A DNA stretch of 53,546 bases from a virus (taxonomy: Duplodnaviria > Caudoviricetes): IMG/VR virus record IMGVR_UViG_3300025146_000019, positions 1 through 53,546 of that record, one strand, 5' to 3'. Made by a program: the position numbers and the translations under genes. Of the stretch, positions 1-8,604 are shown piece after piece. The first letter of the stretch is position 1; every line of letters begins with the position of its first letter. The notes beneath the pieces are model-generated. The model did not search any database, was not told the origin of the DNA, and saw only the letters and a list, made by a program, of their open reading frames with translations.

Positions 1-1931
1 AGCTTCTGCGCCTCACCCCAGCTCGGGCCGACCTCGATGTCGACCTTGCTGGGGACGCGCAGCGGCACGCAGTTCCTCATGATGTCGGCCAGGCCGTGCG
101 CCTGGTCTGGTGATGACAGGCTGAGGTCCAGCTCGTCGTGGACCTGCAGCTGCAGCGGGTAGCCGGCACGGTCGGCCTCCACCATCGCCCTCTTGGTCTG
201 CTCGGCGGAGCTGCCCTGGATGAGGCGGTTGAGCGCCTTGTGTGTCCAGTCGAAGTTCCCCGCGTCGTCGCGCGGGAAGTGGCACACGTGTCCCAGCAGC
301 AGCCGGATCTGCCCTGCCTTCTCCGCGCGACGGGAGCAGCGCCGGCTCAGCTCGCGGGCCCACGGGACCTCCGCGTCGAACTGGTTCAGGATCTCCTGTC
401 CCTCGGGACCGGCCACCACCACCCACCGACCCTTGCGCTGGACGCGCTGCGTGGGCAGGCCCAGGCTCCGGCACAGCTTGGCCCCGCCCATGCCGTACAC
501 CAGGCCGAGGAAGATGTTCTTGGCGTACTTGCGGGGCAGCCCGGTGAGGTCCGCCATCATCTGGTGGAAGTCGGTGCTGGGGTCCTCGCGGTAGCGCTTG
601 GCCGCTATGGCCGCCTTGGGCAGCTCCAGCAGGTCGGCGTAGTGGACGGTGAGGCGCGGCTCCTGCTGGCTGTAGTCCAGCGAGCACCAGACCTCGCCCG
701 GCTCCGGCACATAGATGCTGCGCCACATGGGCCCCAGCTCGTCGTCGCGGGCGGGCTCCTGCTGGACGCCAGGGTGGTTGGCGCTGAGCCGGAACGAGCG
801 GGTGCCCTTCAGGTTGCCGTCCTCGTCCTCACGCCGGATCGGGTTGAATGTCGGGTGGATGCGGCCGCGGACCATGTAGGCCATGCGACTCTCGCAGAAC
901 GTAGTGCGCAGGTTGGAGACGTCCCGAGCACGCCGGATGGCGGCGGCCACCGGGTGGTCGATGGCGCCGAGCACGTGTTTGTCGATGTTGGGCTTGTTCT
1001 GGTCAGTGCGCGGGACCTTCACCCCGATGGACAGCAGCACCTGCTCCAGCACCGTGGCCTTCTTGGCGTCGCCGACGGCAACCTGGATGCCGGTCTTGTG
1101 CTTCACGCGGGCCCAGCAGTCACGCTCCTCCGTGAGCGTCCAGTCGTAGATCTGCTGGAGCTTGGTCTGGTTGATGCGCACGCCGCGGCGGGTCATCTTG
1201 ACCAGCACCTTGGCCACGTCCTGCTCCAGTCGCCAAGCGGCGTCCAAGTCCTGGATGCGCACCTCCTCCCGCTGCTGCGCGTAGATCTCCAGCGGCCCGA
1301 CAGCGTCGCGCTCGGCGTAGGCGCCCACGTAGCGAGCGGGCAGCCGCCACAGCCCCGCCTTCGGGTCCACCCCGTAGTGGCTGGCGGCGGCGCGCAGCAG
1401 CGACTCGTCCTTCAGAGGCAGGTCTCGACGCGCGAGGATGGCGTCGAGCTTGTAGGCGTCCTGGTGCTCGTCGATGAGCGCGTCGAGCGTGGCGATGTCC
1501 GCCACGCGGCAGGGACCCGTCAGGAAGTCCACCCCCTCCTCTGCCAGGTAGTCCAGCTCGTAGTCGGCGCTGTGGACGACCAGCTCCCCGCGAAACACCC
1601 TGGCCTGCTCGGCCAGGTAGCCCAGGACTCCGTCGGCGTCCAGGTTGTCGCCGCCCTCGTGGCGGATGGGCAGGTAGCGCGGCTGCTCACCCTCCACGCA
1701 GAACGCGACGCCGCAGATGAAGCCCCCGCGCCGCACTCCGGGGCCCATGTCGCTGAGCTGCGGGTCGCAGGTCTCGATGTCTATGCTCACCCGCGGGGCG
1801 TCGGCCCAGGAGCTGGGCAGCGAGCTGATGGGTGCTGGGCGCCAGGGTGCATCGGGCAGCAGCCCCGGCAGCGGCATCTGCAGGGGGCGCCCCGGGCGGC
1901 TGGCCGCCTTGGCCTTCTGCTTGGTGGCCAT
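1..1931 (-). CDS. polA: Family A DNA polymerase with 3'-5' exonuclease domain (3' end runs off the window)
   Basis: Not in the ORF track because it has no stop in the window. Manual translation from ATG 1931 gives exo motif SIDIET, motif A LDYSQQEPRL, motif B RKYAKNIFLGLVYGMG and motif C LQVHDEL, ending ...EVGPSWGEAQK at the edge. Confidence 0.96.
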   Translation of the reverse strand, partial: MATKQKAKAASRPGRPLQMPLPGLLPDAPWRPAPISSLPSSWADAPRVSIDIETCDPQLSDMGPGVRRGGFICGVAFCVEGEQPRYLPIRHEGGDNLDADGVLGYLAEQARVFRGELVVHSADYELDYLAEEGVDFLTGPCRVADIATLDALIDEHQDAYKLDAILARRDLPLKDESLLRAAASHYGVDPKAGLWRLPARYVGAYAERDAVGPLEIYAQQREEVRIQDLDAAWRLEQDVAKVLVKMTRRGVRINQTKLQQIYDWTLTEERDCWARVKHKTGIQVAVGDAKKATVLEQVLLSIGVKVPRTDQNKPNIDKHVLGAIDHPVAAAIRRARDVSNLRTTFCESRMAYMVRGRIHPTFNPIRREDEDGNLKGTRSFRLSANHPGVQQEPARDDELGPMWRSIYVPEPGEVWCSLDYSQQEPRLTVHYADLLELPKAAIAAKRYREDPSTDFHQMMADLTGLPRKYAKNIFLGLVYGMGGAKLCRSLGLPTQRVQRKGRWVVVAGPEGQEILNQFDAEVPWARELSRRCSRRAEKAGQIRLLLGHVCHFPRDDAGNFDWTHKALNRLIQGSSAEQTKRAMVEADRAGYPLQLQVHDELDLSLSSPDQAHGLADIMRNCVPLRVPSKVDIEVGPSWGEAQK

Positions 1932-1935
1932 GGGC

Positions 1936-2391
1936 TCAGTGGTCCCTTGTGCAGGTCATGCAGTCGGCCGCGTACTGGAAGCCGTGCGGGCACGGCGTGG
2001 GCGGGGGTGGCGGCAGCGGCATCGGCACGCCGGGTGGCCTGCCGGCTACCCCCATGATCTCATGCTCGGTGGCGTCTCGCTGCGCCCGCCGGGCCATCAC
2101 CTCGGCCTTCACCAGCAGCAGGTAGCAGCGCAGGTCGTCGATCTGGTCGAGGAAACCCTCCTCCGCGCCGTCTGCCTCACAGGCCGCGAACACGTCCATG
2201 TGGTGCTGCTCGAGCATGGCGACGATGCGGTCCCACTTGCGGACCAGGCCCTGGTAGAACACGCCCGCACCTCCGTGCCGCTTCCAGGCGCCGTGGTACA
2301 CGGCCTCCTTGGCGCGCACCGTCTCCACGTCCTGCTCTACGACGGCGCGGAGGTAGGCGATGTGCTTGTCGTCCCACTTGCTACTGCTCAT
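1936..2391 (-). CDS. Nucleotide-modification-associated domain 1 (DUF1599/MazG-like all-alpha NTP pyrophosphatase-like protein)
   Basis: Pattern K...YHGAW...GGAG....RKWDRI...E...DQIDDLRCYLLL resembles Nmad1. It lies in a DNA-modification operon and has a Pro-rich/Cys C-terminal tail. Confidence 0.7.
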   Translation of the reverse strand: MSSSKWDDKHIAYLRAVVEQDVETVRAKEAVYHGAWKRHGGAGVFYQGLVRKWDRIVAMLEQHHMDVFAACEADGAEEGFLDQIDDLRCYLLLVKAEVMARRAQRDATEHEIMGVAGRPPGVPMPLPPPPPTPCPHGFQYAADCMTCTRDH

Positions 2392-2995
2392 AGATCATCT
2401 CCATCACCCACTCGTGGAGCTGGTCCCACGCGCGGTCCGGCTCCAGGTAGCTGTCCGCCAGGAGCGTGCCGGGCGGCACCGGGTCCTTCGGGTCGTCGTG
2501 GTACGGGTAGCGCACGGAGGCCAGGCGGGCCTCCGGCCAGTGCTTGCGGTAGCTGCGCAGCGTGGACGCCTTGTCGTCGACCAGCAGGTCGAGCTTCACG
2601 AGGTGCTTCCGCGGTACCAGGTTCAGCTGGTCCGCGTGCAGGAACGGCAGGTGGCGCCGCACCCACTTGGTCTTCGCCGAGGCGGACACCGTGCCCCAGG
2701 GTGCAGACACGAGGTGCAGCTCGCATGCAGAGTTCCACTGCTGCAGGTACTCGGGGATCCGTGCACTCAGCAGGGGCAGCTCGGTCCAGAAGAACTCCAT
2801 GTCGAGCAGCTCGCTGCGCACCATCTTGGTGGCTGCCTCGCGCCAGCCGGGCGGCACGCAGTCCTCGAAGTGCCAGTGCCGCAGGTCCGCGGGACCGATG
2901 CGTGCCTCGGGAGGGGCCATCTCGTTGAAGCGCTGGCAGAACTCGCGCTGGATGTCCACGATGATCCCGTCCATGTCCACACCGACCCGGAGCAT
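2381..2995 (-). CDS. HAD-family 5'(3')-deoxyribonucleotidase (NT5C/Nmad2-like)
   Basis: ATG 2995 overlaps the upstream stop (TGATG). Motifs: VGVDMDGII (DxD), LVSAPW, K.KWVRRHLP, LLVDDK. Confidence 0.85.
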   Translation of the reverse strand: MLRVGVDMDGIIVDIQREFCQRFNEMAPPEARIGPADLRHWHFEDCVPPGWREAATKMVRSELLDMEFFWTELPLLSARIPEYLQQWNSACELHLVSAPWGTVSASAKTKWVRRHLPFLHADQLNLVPRKHLVKLDLLVDDKASTLRSYRKHWPEARLASVRYPYHDDPKDPVPPGTLLADSYLEPDRAWDQLHEWVMEMIYEQ

Positions 2996-4098
2996 CAGTT
3001 CACCTCCGGGTTGACCGCGTGCGGCCCGTCGTCCCGGGCGCGCTCCCAGGCAGTCATGCGCCGGTCCAGCCACTCCGTGCCGGCTCGGTACCAGTCGGTG
3101 GCGGCACACCCGTGCATCTCCTCGCTGGCCCTGCGGTGGCCCTCCTCACCCCGGTTGCTCACCCAGGCCTCGTGGGCGAGGGCCATGGGCGCGGCCACGT
3201 CCCGGACCCAGGGGTCCTCGAACTTCCGGTGCGGGCCCTCGTCGAGCAGCTGGCGCAGGCTCCGGTCGAATCGGTCCAGGTCCGCGCTCTCCGGGAACAG
3301 CGGGTAGGGTTTCACGGCGCCCGTCACGTAGGGGCAGCCAGCGCAGCCCGAGTAGGGCTTGCTCAGCAGCTGTGGGATGGCCAGCTCCTGCCGACTGGGC
3401 ATCTTGTCGAGCACAGCCAGGTAGGCGTGCCAGTTCACGCTCACCTGGGTCAGCTCACCGACGGGCCTGCCGACGCCCGCGGCCACATACTCCTGGAGCA
3501 TGGAGAAGTGGACCGCGTTGGCCCCGTAGGCGCCCCAGATGACGTCGTTGGAGCGGCAGAACACCGTCATGTCGACGTGACCCGAGGGGCTCACCTGAAC
3601 CGTGGCGGTCAGGTTGCAGGGAGCGTCAGCGCCCCGGTAGCCCAGGTCGGTCTCCGGGTCCCACATCTGGATGACCTGGCGGCGGCAGTTGGGGTCCTGC
3701 CGCAGACCCGCGATGACCTCGCGCACCTGGTCCAGCGGACCGGCCCCCATGATGGTGGGGAACCAGTCGCGCCACCGCCGGCCGTAGGCCCCGTGGAGCA
3801 CCTCGCCGTCGTCGCTGTAGGTGCGCATGCGCTCCACGTAGCGAGCGGGGAAGGCCACGTCGGCTCGACCCGCCAGCATCCACACGCTCTCCAGCAGGTG
3901 GAAGAACGGGTTGGCGTCGCGCCACGCCCAGGTCAGCACCCGCTCCTCCGGGTCGGAGTAGGACGTGCCCACCGGACTGTGGAACTGCACCACGGGACCG
4001 TTGCGGCTGTCGCGCCGCTTCATGAGGCTCTCGTCTCTTGCAACCCGCAGTGCAATCGTGAGTGCCTGGTTTACGTTGCGTGCCAGGATCGTCTGCAT
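2995..4098 (-). CDS. Thymidylate-synthase-fold dUMP hydroxymethylase
   Basis: Catalytic PCN, RSNDVIWGAYGANAVHFS with Asn at the dUMP-specificity position, DANPFFHL and HGAYGRRWR. Context of 5-hmdU-modifying genes. Confidence 0.88.
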   Translation of the reverse strand: MQTILARNVNQALTIALRVARDESLMKRRDSRNGPVVQFHSPVGTSYSDPEERVLTWAWRDANPFFHLLESVWMLAGRADVAFPARYVERMRTYSDDGEVLHGAYGRRWRDWFPTIMGAGPLDQVREVIAGLRQDPNCRRQVIQMWDPETDLGYRGADAPCNLTATVQVSPSGHVDMTVFCRSNDVIWGAYGANAVHFSMLQEYVAAGVGRPVGELTQVSVNWHAYLAVLDKMPSRQELAIPQLLSKPYSGCAGCPYVTGAVKPYPLFPESADLDRFDRSLRQLLDEGPHRKFEDPWVRDVAAPMALAHEAWVSNRGEEGHRRASEEMHGCAATDWYRAGTEWLDRRMTAWERARDDGPHAVNPEVN

Positions 4099-4129
4099 CA
4101 GCCCCCCTTGCTTCTCGTCTCGTCCGCTG

Positions 4130-5011
4130 CTAGGCGGACCGTCTTCCAGCGTAGCGCCGCTTCAGCGGCTGCGACAAGTGGGTAGCTCGGCACCACTTGT
4201 CGTACTCACAGGCCCAGTGCTCCACCTCGCGCATCTCCCAGCGCTCCCAGCCACTGGGCCACCGGACCACGCTCCTGCTCTCCTGCAGCAGCCGATGCAT
4301 CAGCAGGGTCATCTTCCGCTGGTCGCGCTCGCTGGTGTAGCGGTACTGGTCCGGCCTGCCGTGGAACACCCAGCTCAGGCCGCGGGCGCAGCCGGGCCCG
4401 GCGGCGGCCCAGCTGTTGATGTCCGTGGCCATGGACAGCAGCGGAGTCCACCGCAGGTCGCTCACCACCTCGTACGCCATGAACTGGCCGAGGAACGGGC
4501 ACTGCATCAGGTCGGCGTGGGCAGCTGCCAGCGAGCGCCACCCGTGCATCCACATCAGCTGCGCGCGCTGTCGCAGCGCCTCCACGCACCAGATGACCCC
4601 CTCGAGCTTGTTCATGCCGTCCGGCGTCTTCACCAGGTAGGCGCCACCCACCAGCGGGCTGACATCGCGCAGCCGGGTGCGGACCTCCTCGCTGTCCCAG
4701 CGGCCCTCCGCCAGCATGGAGCGCAGCCGCTCGAGCGTCTCGACGCGGTTGATCCAGCGGCAGGCAGCCATGCCAGTGATCAGCTCCGGGCCGCTGCCCC
4801 GCTCCACCAGTGGCTTCCGGACGTGCTCCGCGATCCACTGCGTGGTGCGGTCGTCCTCGCGACGGACGTTGCAGAAGAACCAGGTCGACATGGCCCGGTC
4901 CCCGGTCCAGGGTCCCGGCAGCCCAGCCAGCCGGGCGAGGCGGATCTTCTCCCGCTCCACGGCGGTCTGGAAGAACTCCGCGATGCCCTCCTCGACCTGG
5001 CGGGTGATCAC
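4130..5011 (-). CDS. aGPT-Pplase1 family protein (5-hmdU DNA kinase helical domain, HhH-glycosylase-like fold)
   Basis: GTG 5011 overlaps the upstream TGA. Signature PWTGD....WFFCNVRREDDRTTQW, plus GAYLV, GQFMAYEVVSDL, GPGCARGL and REVEHWACEYDKW. Confidence 0.85.
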   Translation of the reverse strand: MITRQVEEGIAEFFQTAVEREKIRLARLAGLPGPWTGDRAMSTWFFCNVRREDDRTTQWIAEHVRKPLVERGSGPELITGMAACRWINRVETLERLRSMLAEGRWDSEEVRTRLRDVSPLVGGAYLVKTPDGMNKLEGVIWCVEALRQRAQLMWMHGWRSLAAAHADLMQCPFLGQFMAYEVVSDLRWTPLLSMATDINSWAAAGPGCARGLSWVFHGRPDQYRYTSERDQRKMTLLMHRLLQESRSVVRWPSGWERWEMREVEHWACEYDKWCRATHLSQPLKRRYAGRRSA

Positions 5012-5589
5012 GCCGTCCCCCACCCCAGGGCCTCGAGCACCCGGCGCAGCGCGGACTCCCGCCCGTGCCACTCGGCCTGGACGCCCTCCCGCTGGAGGCG
5101 ACCCATGGACAGCTGGGTGGCCTTCACCTTGGCGATGGTGTTGCTTGGGTTCAGCGGGCGTCCATCCCCCCGGGCCCTGCGCCGCTCCTCGATGGAGGCC
5201 ACGCAGATGGCGATGGGCACGTCCAGCGCCACCACCAGCAGCGGCAGTCCATCGCGGTGCATGGCGCCGCACCACTTGGCGTCGCCGGAGAGGAGCAGAC
5301 CCTCGAAGAGGACGTGGTGCCCCTGGCCATGGTACTCGCGGACCAGCTTGTCCACCACCTCGTAGCTGGGCAGCGTGTCGCAGCCACCGCACGCAGTCTC
5401 GTAGTGGCCAGCCACGAACAGTCCTGCGGGCTGACTGCCGGGGTAGCCTGCCTGACGGCGCAGCAGGTAGCCCACAGGGCGCTTGCGGCCGGTCTGTGTG
5501 ACGACGCTCTTGTCCTCGTACCGCCTCATGACCTCGCGCACGAGCGTGCTCTTCCCAGTGCCCGACGTTCCTCGGATGTTGATGATCAC
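5008..5589 (-). CDS. P-loop 5-hydroxymethyluracil DNA kinase (5-HMUDK-like)
   Basis: GTG 5589 (GTGA overlap). Motifs IINIRGTSGTGKST (Walker A), GHYETACGGCDT and VLFEG. Adjacent to aGPT-Pplase1. Confidence 0.85.
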   Translation of the reverse strand: MIINIRGTSGTGKSTLVREVMRRYEDKSVVTQTGRKRPVGYLLRRQAGYPGSQPAGLFVAGHYETACGGCDTLPSYEVVDKLVREYHGQGHHVLFEGLLLSGDAKWCGAMHRDGLPLLVVALDVPIAICVASIEERRRARGDGRPLNPSNTIAKVKATQLSMGRLQREGVQAEWHGRESALRRVLEALGWGTA

Positions 5590-6032
5590 TTGTTTCTGTT
5601 CTCCAGGTCTGTGGCCAGTAGCCCTCGGCACGCCGCGATGATCAGGTCGACCACCTGCTCGAAGCGGTCCTGCTCGCTGCTCGGGATGAAGGCGGGATCC
5701 GGGATGCGCGGCTGGCTGACGTAGGCGCCCAGGCAGACGGCGGTGCTGGGCAGGTGCCCGTCGCACATGGCGCGCAGGCGCTTCTCGTTGCCGCGGTCCA
5801 TGTACAGGATGAGGTCGTGCCTCAGCAGCATCTCGCGGGTGACCTGCTGCGGCACGTGGCTGTCCAGGTCGTAGCCTCGCGCAGCCATTGCGCGGCGCAT
5901 GCGGCCAGCGGCGACCTTGGCGCGTGGGTGGAAGCCAGCGCTGGTGACGTGCTCGTAGCCCAGGGAGCGGAGCACCGCGGCAGCGGCCGGGCTGCGCATG
6001 TAGTTGCCGTGGCAGAGCACCAGGATCCTCAT
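5586..6032 (-). CDS. Low-molecular-weight phosphatase (LMW-PTP/ArsC superfamily)
   Basis: ATG 6032 (ATGA overlap). MRILVLCHGNYMRSP gives the CX5R(S) P-loop; also SAG, DLILYMD and the IPDP acid loop. Confidence 0.9.
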   Translation of the reverse strand: MRILVLCHGNYMRSPAAAAVLRSLGYEHVTSAGFHPRAKVAAGRMRRAMAARGYDLDSHVPQQVTREMLLRHDLILYMDRGNEKRLRAMCDGHLPSTAVCLGAYVSQPRIPDPAFIPSSEQDRFEQVVDLIIAACRGLLATDLENRNK

Positions 6033-6952
6033 GGCTGGAACGTCCCCTCCCGTATGCGCTCCAGGTTCCCCCGCACCACGTCCCGGGGCACCGTGCCGTC
6101 GAGGACGGTCGCGCGGTAGCGCACCTCCATCCAGTGAACGTAGGGGGGGAACTGCGGGAACTTCGCCTGGGCGAACCCCTCGTGGAAGATGGCCTCCGGT
6201 CCCCGCCGAGTGTTGAGCGCGTCCAGCAGGAACGCCCGGCACCACCGGGCGCAGGTCACCACCTCGCTGGGCTGGAGAGTGCCGGGGAAGTGCCGGAACT
6301 CGACGGTGTTGGTCTCCTTCCACATCTGGCGGAGGTTCACCGCGGCTCGCGGCTGCGCGTGCCACATGACCCGACCGTGTCGGTCGCGCACGCACTCCGC
6401 CTCGAAGAACTCCTGCACAGTGTCCGCGCGGAGCTGAGCCTCGACCCGCTTGGCGGGCACCCGCGTGTGGTGGCTGACCAGGCGACGGCGCCAGCGGCGC
6501 AGCGCTCCGTTGTACTCCTCGCTGCTGGCGTACTGGTCGCTGGTGGGCCGGCGTATCGGCTCGACCAGCGCCAGCGCCCGCTCCAGAAAGGCGTCGCAGT
6601 AGGCCTGGACCTCCTTCAGCGCGTCCAGGTCGTCGCGCAGGCCCGGCACCCGCACGTGGATGTGCAGGTTGGACCGGTGGTTCACCCGCGACTCCGGGTG
6701 CATCAGGAGGAAGGTCGCCAGCATCAGTCCCTGGCCCTCCGGCGTGGCCGTGGGCGGGGTGTTGACCTCGCCGCCCCGGGTGTTGATCACCCCCCTGGGG
6801 TCCACCGCGCTGCCGTCCGAGTTCATCATGGTGACGTCGCGCTCGTCCACTGCCCAGCCGGGTGGCTCGGTGGGCAGCCCGCGGGTGCGGTCCCAGTCGG
6901 CCAGCTCGTGCTCGGCCCCGTAGGTCCAGGTGCGGCCGGTGCGGTCGGTCAC
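6029..6952 (-). CDS. Putative amidoligase (COOH-NH2 ligase, glutamine synthetase/glutamate-cysteine ligase-like fold)
   Basis: Motifs TYGAEHEL, GGEVNTPP, SNLHIHV, AVNL and TVEFRHFPGTL match the amidoligase-2 pattern. Confidence 0.85.
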   Translation of the reverse strand: MTDRTGRTWTYGAEHELADWDRTRGLPTEPPGWAVDERDVTMMNSDGSAVDPRGVINTRGGEVNTPPTATPEGQGLMLATFLLMHPESRVNHRSNLHIHVRVPGLRDDLDALKEVQAYCDAFLERALALVEPIRRPTSDQYASSEEYNGALRRWRRRLVSHHTRVPAKRVEAQLRADTVQEFFEAECVRDRHGRVMWHAQPRAAVNLRQMWKETNTVEFRHFPGTLQPSEVVTCARWCRAFLLDALNTRRGPEAIFHEGFAQAKFPQFPPYVHWMEVRYRATVLDGTVPRDVVRGNLERIREGTFQP

Positions 6953-7221
6953 CCCTCACCCCCCACATCGTCTCCATCGTCTTCGTCATCCTCGAGAGTA
7001 CCGGACTCCGGCACCACCGGCCTGGGCGAGCCGGCCATCCCGTCCACTCGACGGTACAGCTCCGCGTCGAAGCTGCCGTTGCGCTTCTCCGCCTCCACCT
7101 CCCCCTGCATGACGTTGTGCGCGGCGTCCGCCAGCGCCACCCAGCAGCCGGAACCGTCCACGTACTGGTCCGCCCGGTCCAGCAGGTAGGCGGCCACGTC
7201 CCTGGGCTCGAGCTTCGCCAT
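6949..7221 (-). CDS. Hypothetical protein with acidic tail (~90 aa)
   Basis: Coupled to neighbours at both ends. MAKLEPRDVAAYLL...EDDEDDGDDVGGEG. Confidence 0.7.
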   Translation of the reverse strand: MAKLEPRDVAAYLLDRADQYVDGSGCWVALADAAHNVMQGEVEAEKRNGSFDAELYRRVDGMAGSPRPVVPESGTLEDDEDDGDDVGGEG

Positions 7222-7691
7222 CACGAGCGCCTCCGCGCGATGAACTCCTGCCAGGGCAGATAGCCCATGACCGGGCTCCAGAAGCCCCACGACCCCTCGT
7301 CGTCAGCCTTCGGGCCGGTGATGAACAGGGTCCAGCAGTCCTGCTCCCGCAGGTCCACGCGGTGAAAGGTCCTCGAGGTGATCAGGTTGAGCTGCAGCGG
7401 CCGGACCTCGCGCCGGACGATGGTGTCGTCCGGCAACCGCACATCCTCCCAGTAGCCGCCAGCCAGGATGAGCGACACGGCCCACTGCCAGGGGTGGTTG
7501 TGCAGTTCACCGGCGTCGTCTCCGGTGTGGAACTTGTGCAGCATCATGTTGAATGGCCAGCGGCTCCAGCGGCCCTTGCGCGGCCCGCCGAGTAGGTAGA
7601 ACCGCGACAGGTATGGAGTCACCCCATCGCGGTTCCTGATGACTCGGACGCGCAGCCGGTACGAGACCCGCTCCAGCATCCGCCGGATCAC
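7221..7691 (-). CDS. Cupin-fold metal-binding protein (cysteine-dioxygenase-like phage cupin)
   Basis: GTG 7691 (GTGA overlap). Motifs LHNHPW, ILAGGYWE, FHRV and WTLFITG. Confidence 0.75.
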   Translation of the reverse strand: MIRRMLERVSYRLRVRVIRNRDGVTPYLSRFYLLGGPRKGRWSRWPFNMMLHKFHTGDDAGELHNHPWQWAVSLILAGGYWEDVRLPDDTIVRREVRPLQLNLITSRTFHRVDLREQDCWTLFITGPKADDEGSWGFWSPVMGYLPWQEFIARRRS

Positions 7692-8521
7692 GACGTGGCC
7701 TCCAGGATGCGGCTGGCTGCCCAGCCGGCTGCGATGGTGCCGCTCTTGGCGCCGCCCGTCGCCAGCCAGATGCCTGACTCGCGCTCCTCCAGCAGGCAGG
7801 GCTTGGCACCCTGGACGTAGGGCCGGTCCCCGACCATGGGCTGGGCCAGCTCCTCCGGCTGCTCGACGAAGTTGGCGCACCGCACCCGGCTCTTGTGCTC
7901 GCGCTCGGTGGTCCAGCTCTCGGGCTTCAGCGCCGAGCCGTCGCCGCACCAGATGGTGCCGGGCCGCTCCTGGAAGGCGACCAGCTGCTTGTACGGTGCC
8001 CAGACGTTGATGGTGGGCTGGAACTCCCCCGGGAAGCGCCAGGCGGTGCCGCGCAGCGCCTTCAGGTTGGGCACCTGCATCAGCTCCCGGCACCAGATGC
8101 CGGCCGCGACGACGACCAGGTCGGCGTCCAGCCAGCCTCCTCGGGCCAGTCCCACGCCGTGCGGTCCGCTGTCGTCGCTGTAGCGGATGGAGGACACGGT
8201 GTCCTGCACGTGCATATCGCCCAGGTCGAGCACCGCCGCCGGGTTGACCCGGTAGACCTTGGAGCGCAACCCGCCGGGCCTGATGGTGAACTCGATCTCC
8301 TGCAGTCCGTACAGGTCGGACAGCATCCGGAGGCCGGCGTCCGCGACGCCCTTGCCCAGGCCGCTGAACCAGCTGGGCTTCATCAGGCACGCGCTGGGTG
8401 CCGACCCGCTCATGGGCCGGCGGTCGTCGACCACCTTGACCGAGCGACCCTGGGCCCGGAGCGCCTTGGCGATGGTGGCGCCGAACAGCCCGCCACCGAC
8501 GACGACCGCGTCCAGCCTCAC
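7688..8521 (-). CDS. FAD-dependent oxidoreductase (glycine oxidase/DAO-like)
   Basis: GTG 8521. Rossmann DAVVVGGGLFGATIA, GS..SAC, VVVAAGIW, G.RPY and ATGGAKSG. Confidence 0.88.
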   Translation of the reverse strand: MRLDAVVVGGGLFGATIAKALRAQGRSVKVVDDRRPMSGSAPSACLMKPSWFSGLGKGVADAGLRMLSDLYGLQEIEFTIRPGGLRSKVYRVNPAAVLDLGDMHVQDTVSSIRYSDDSGPHGVGLARGGWLDADLVVVAAGIWCRELMQVPNLKALRGTAWRFPGEFQPTINVWAPYKQLVAFQERPGTIWCGDGSALKPESWTTEREHKSRVRCANFVEQPEELAQPMVGDRPYVQGAKPCLLEERESGIWLATGGAKSGTIAAGWAASRILEATS

Positions 8522-8604
8522 CACGGGAACACCCACACAGCGATGACAGCAGCCAGCGCGAAGCACAGCAGCGCTGCCCACAGCAGGTACGGATCTCGGT
8601 TCAC
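8518..8604 (-). CDS. 28-aa hydrophobic membrane micropeptide
   Basis: MNRDPYLLWAALLCFALAAVIAVWVFPW*. GTGA overlaps at both ends and a purine-rich RBS-like tract upstream. Below the ORF-track size cutoff. Confidence 0.6.
   Translation of the reverse strand: MNRDPYLLWAALLCFALAAVIAVWVFPW

Noticed and set aside
13-726. 237-aa minus-strand ORF in the track
   Set aside because: Wrong frame. The real gene is PolA in another frame, open to the window edge.
138-2057. Long plus-strand ORFs (e.g. 138-2057, 12135-13841, 15151-16953, 37738-39759, 41976-44147)
   Set aside because: Antisense shadows of high-GC3 minus-strand genes. No recognisable motifs, and they lie largely or wholly over well-supported genes.
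2995-4098. Ordinary thymidylate synthase or dCMP hydroxymethylase
   Set aside because: Asn at the specificity position argues against dCMP, and the adjacent 5-hmdU kinase and transferase genes argue against a plain ThyA. Not proven without an assay.
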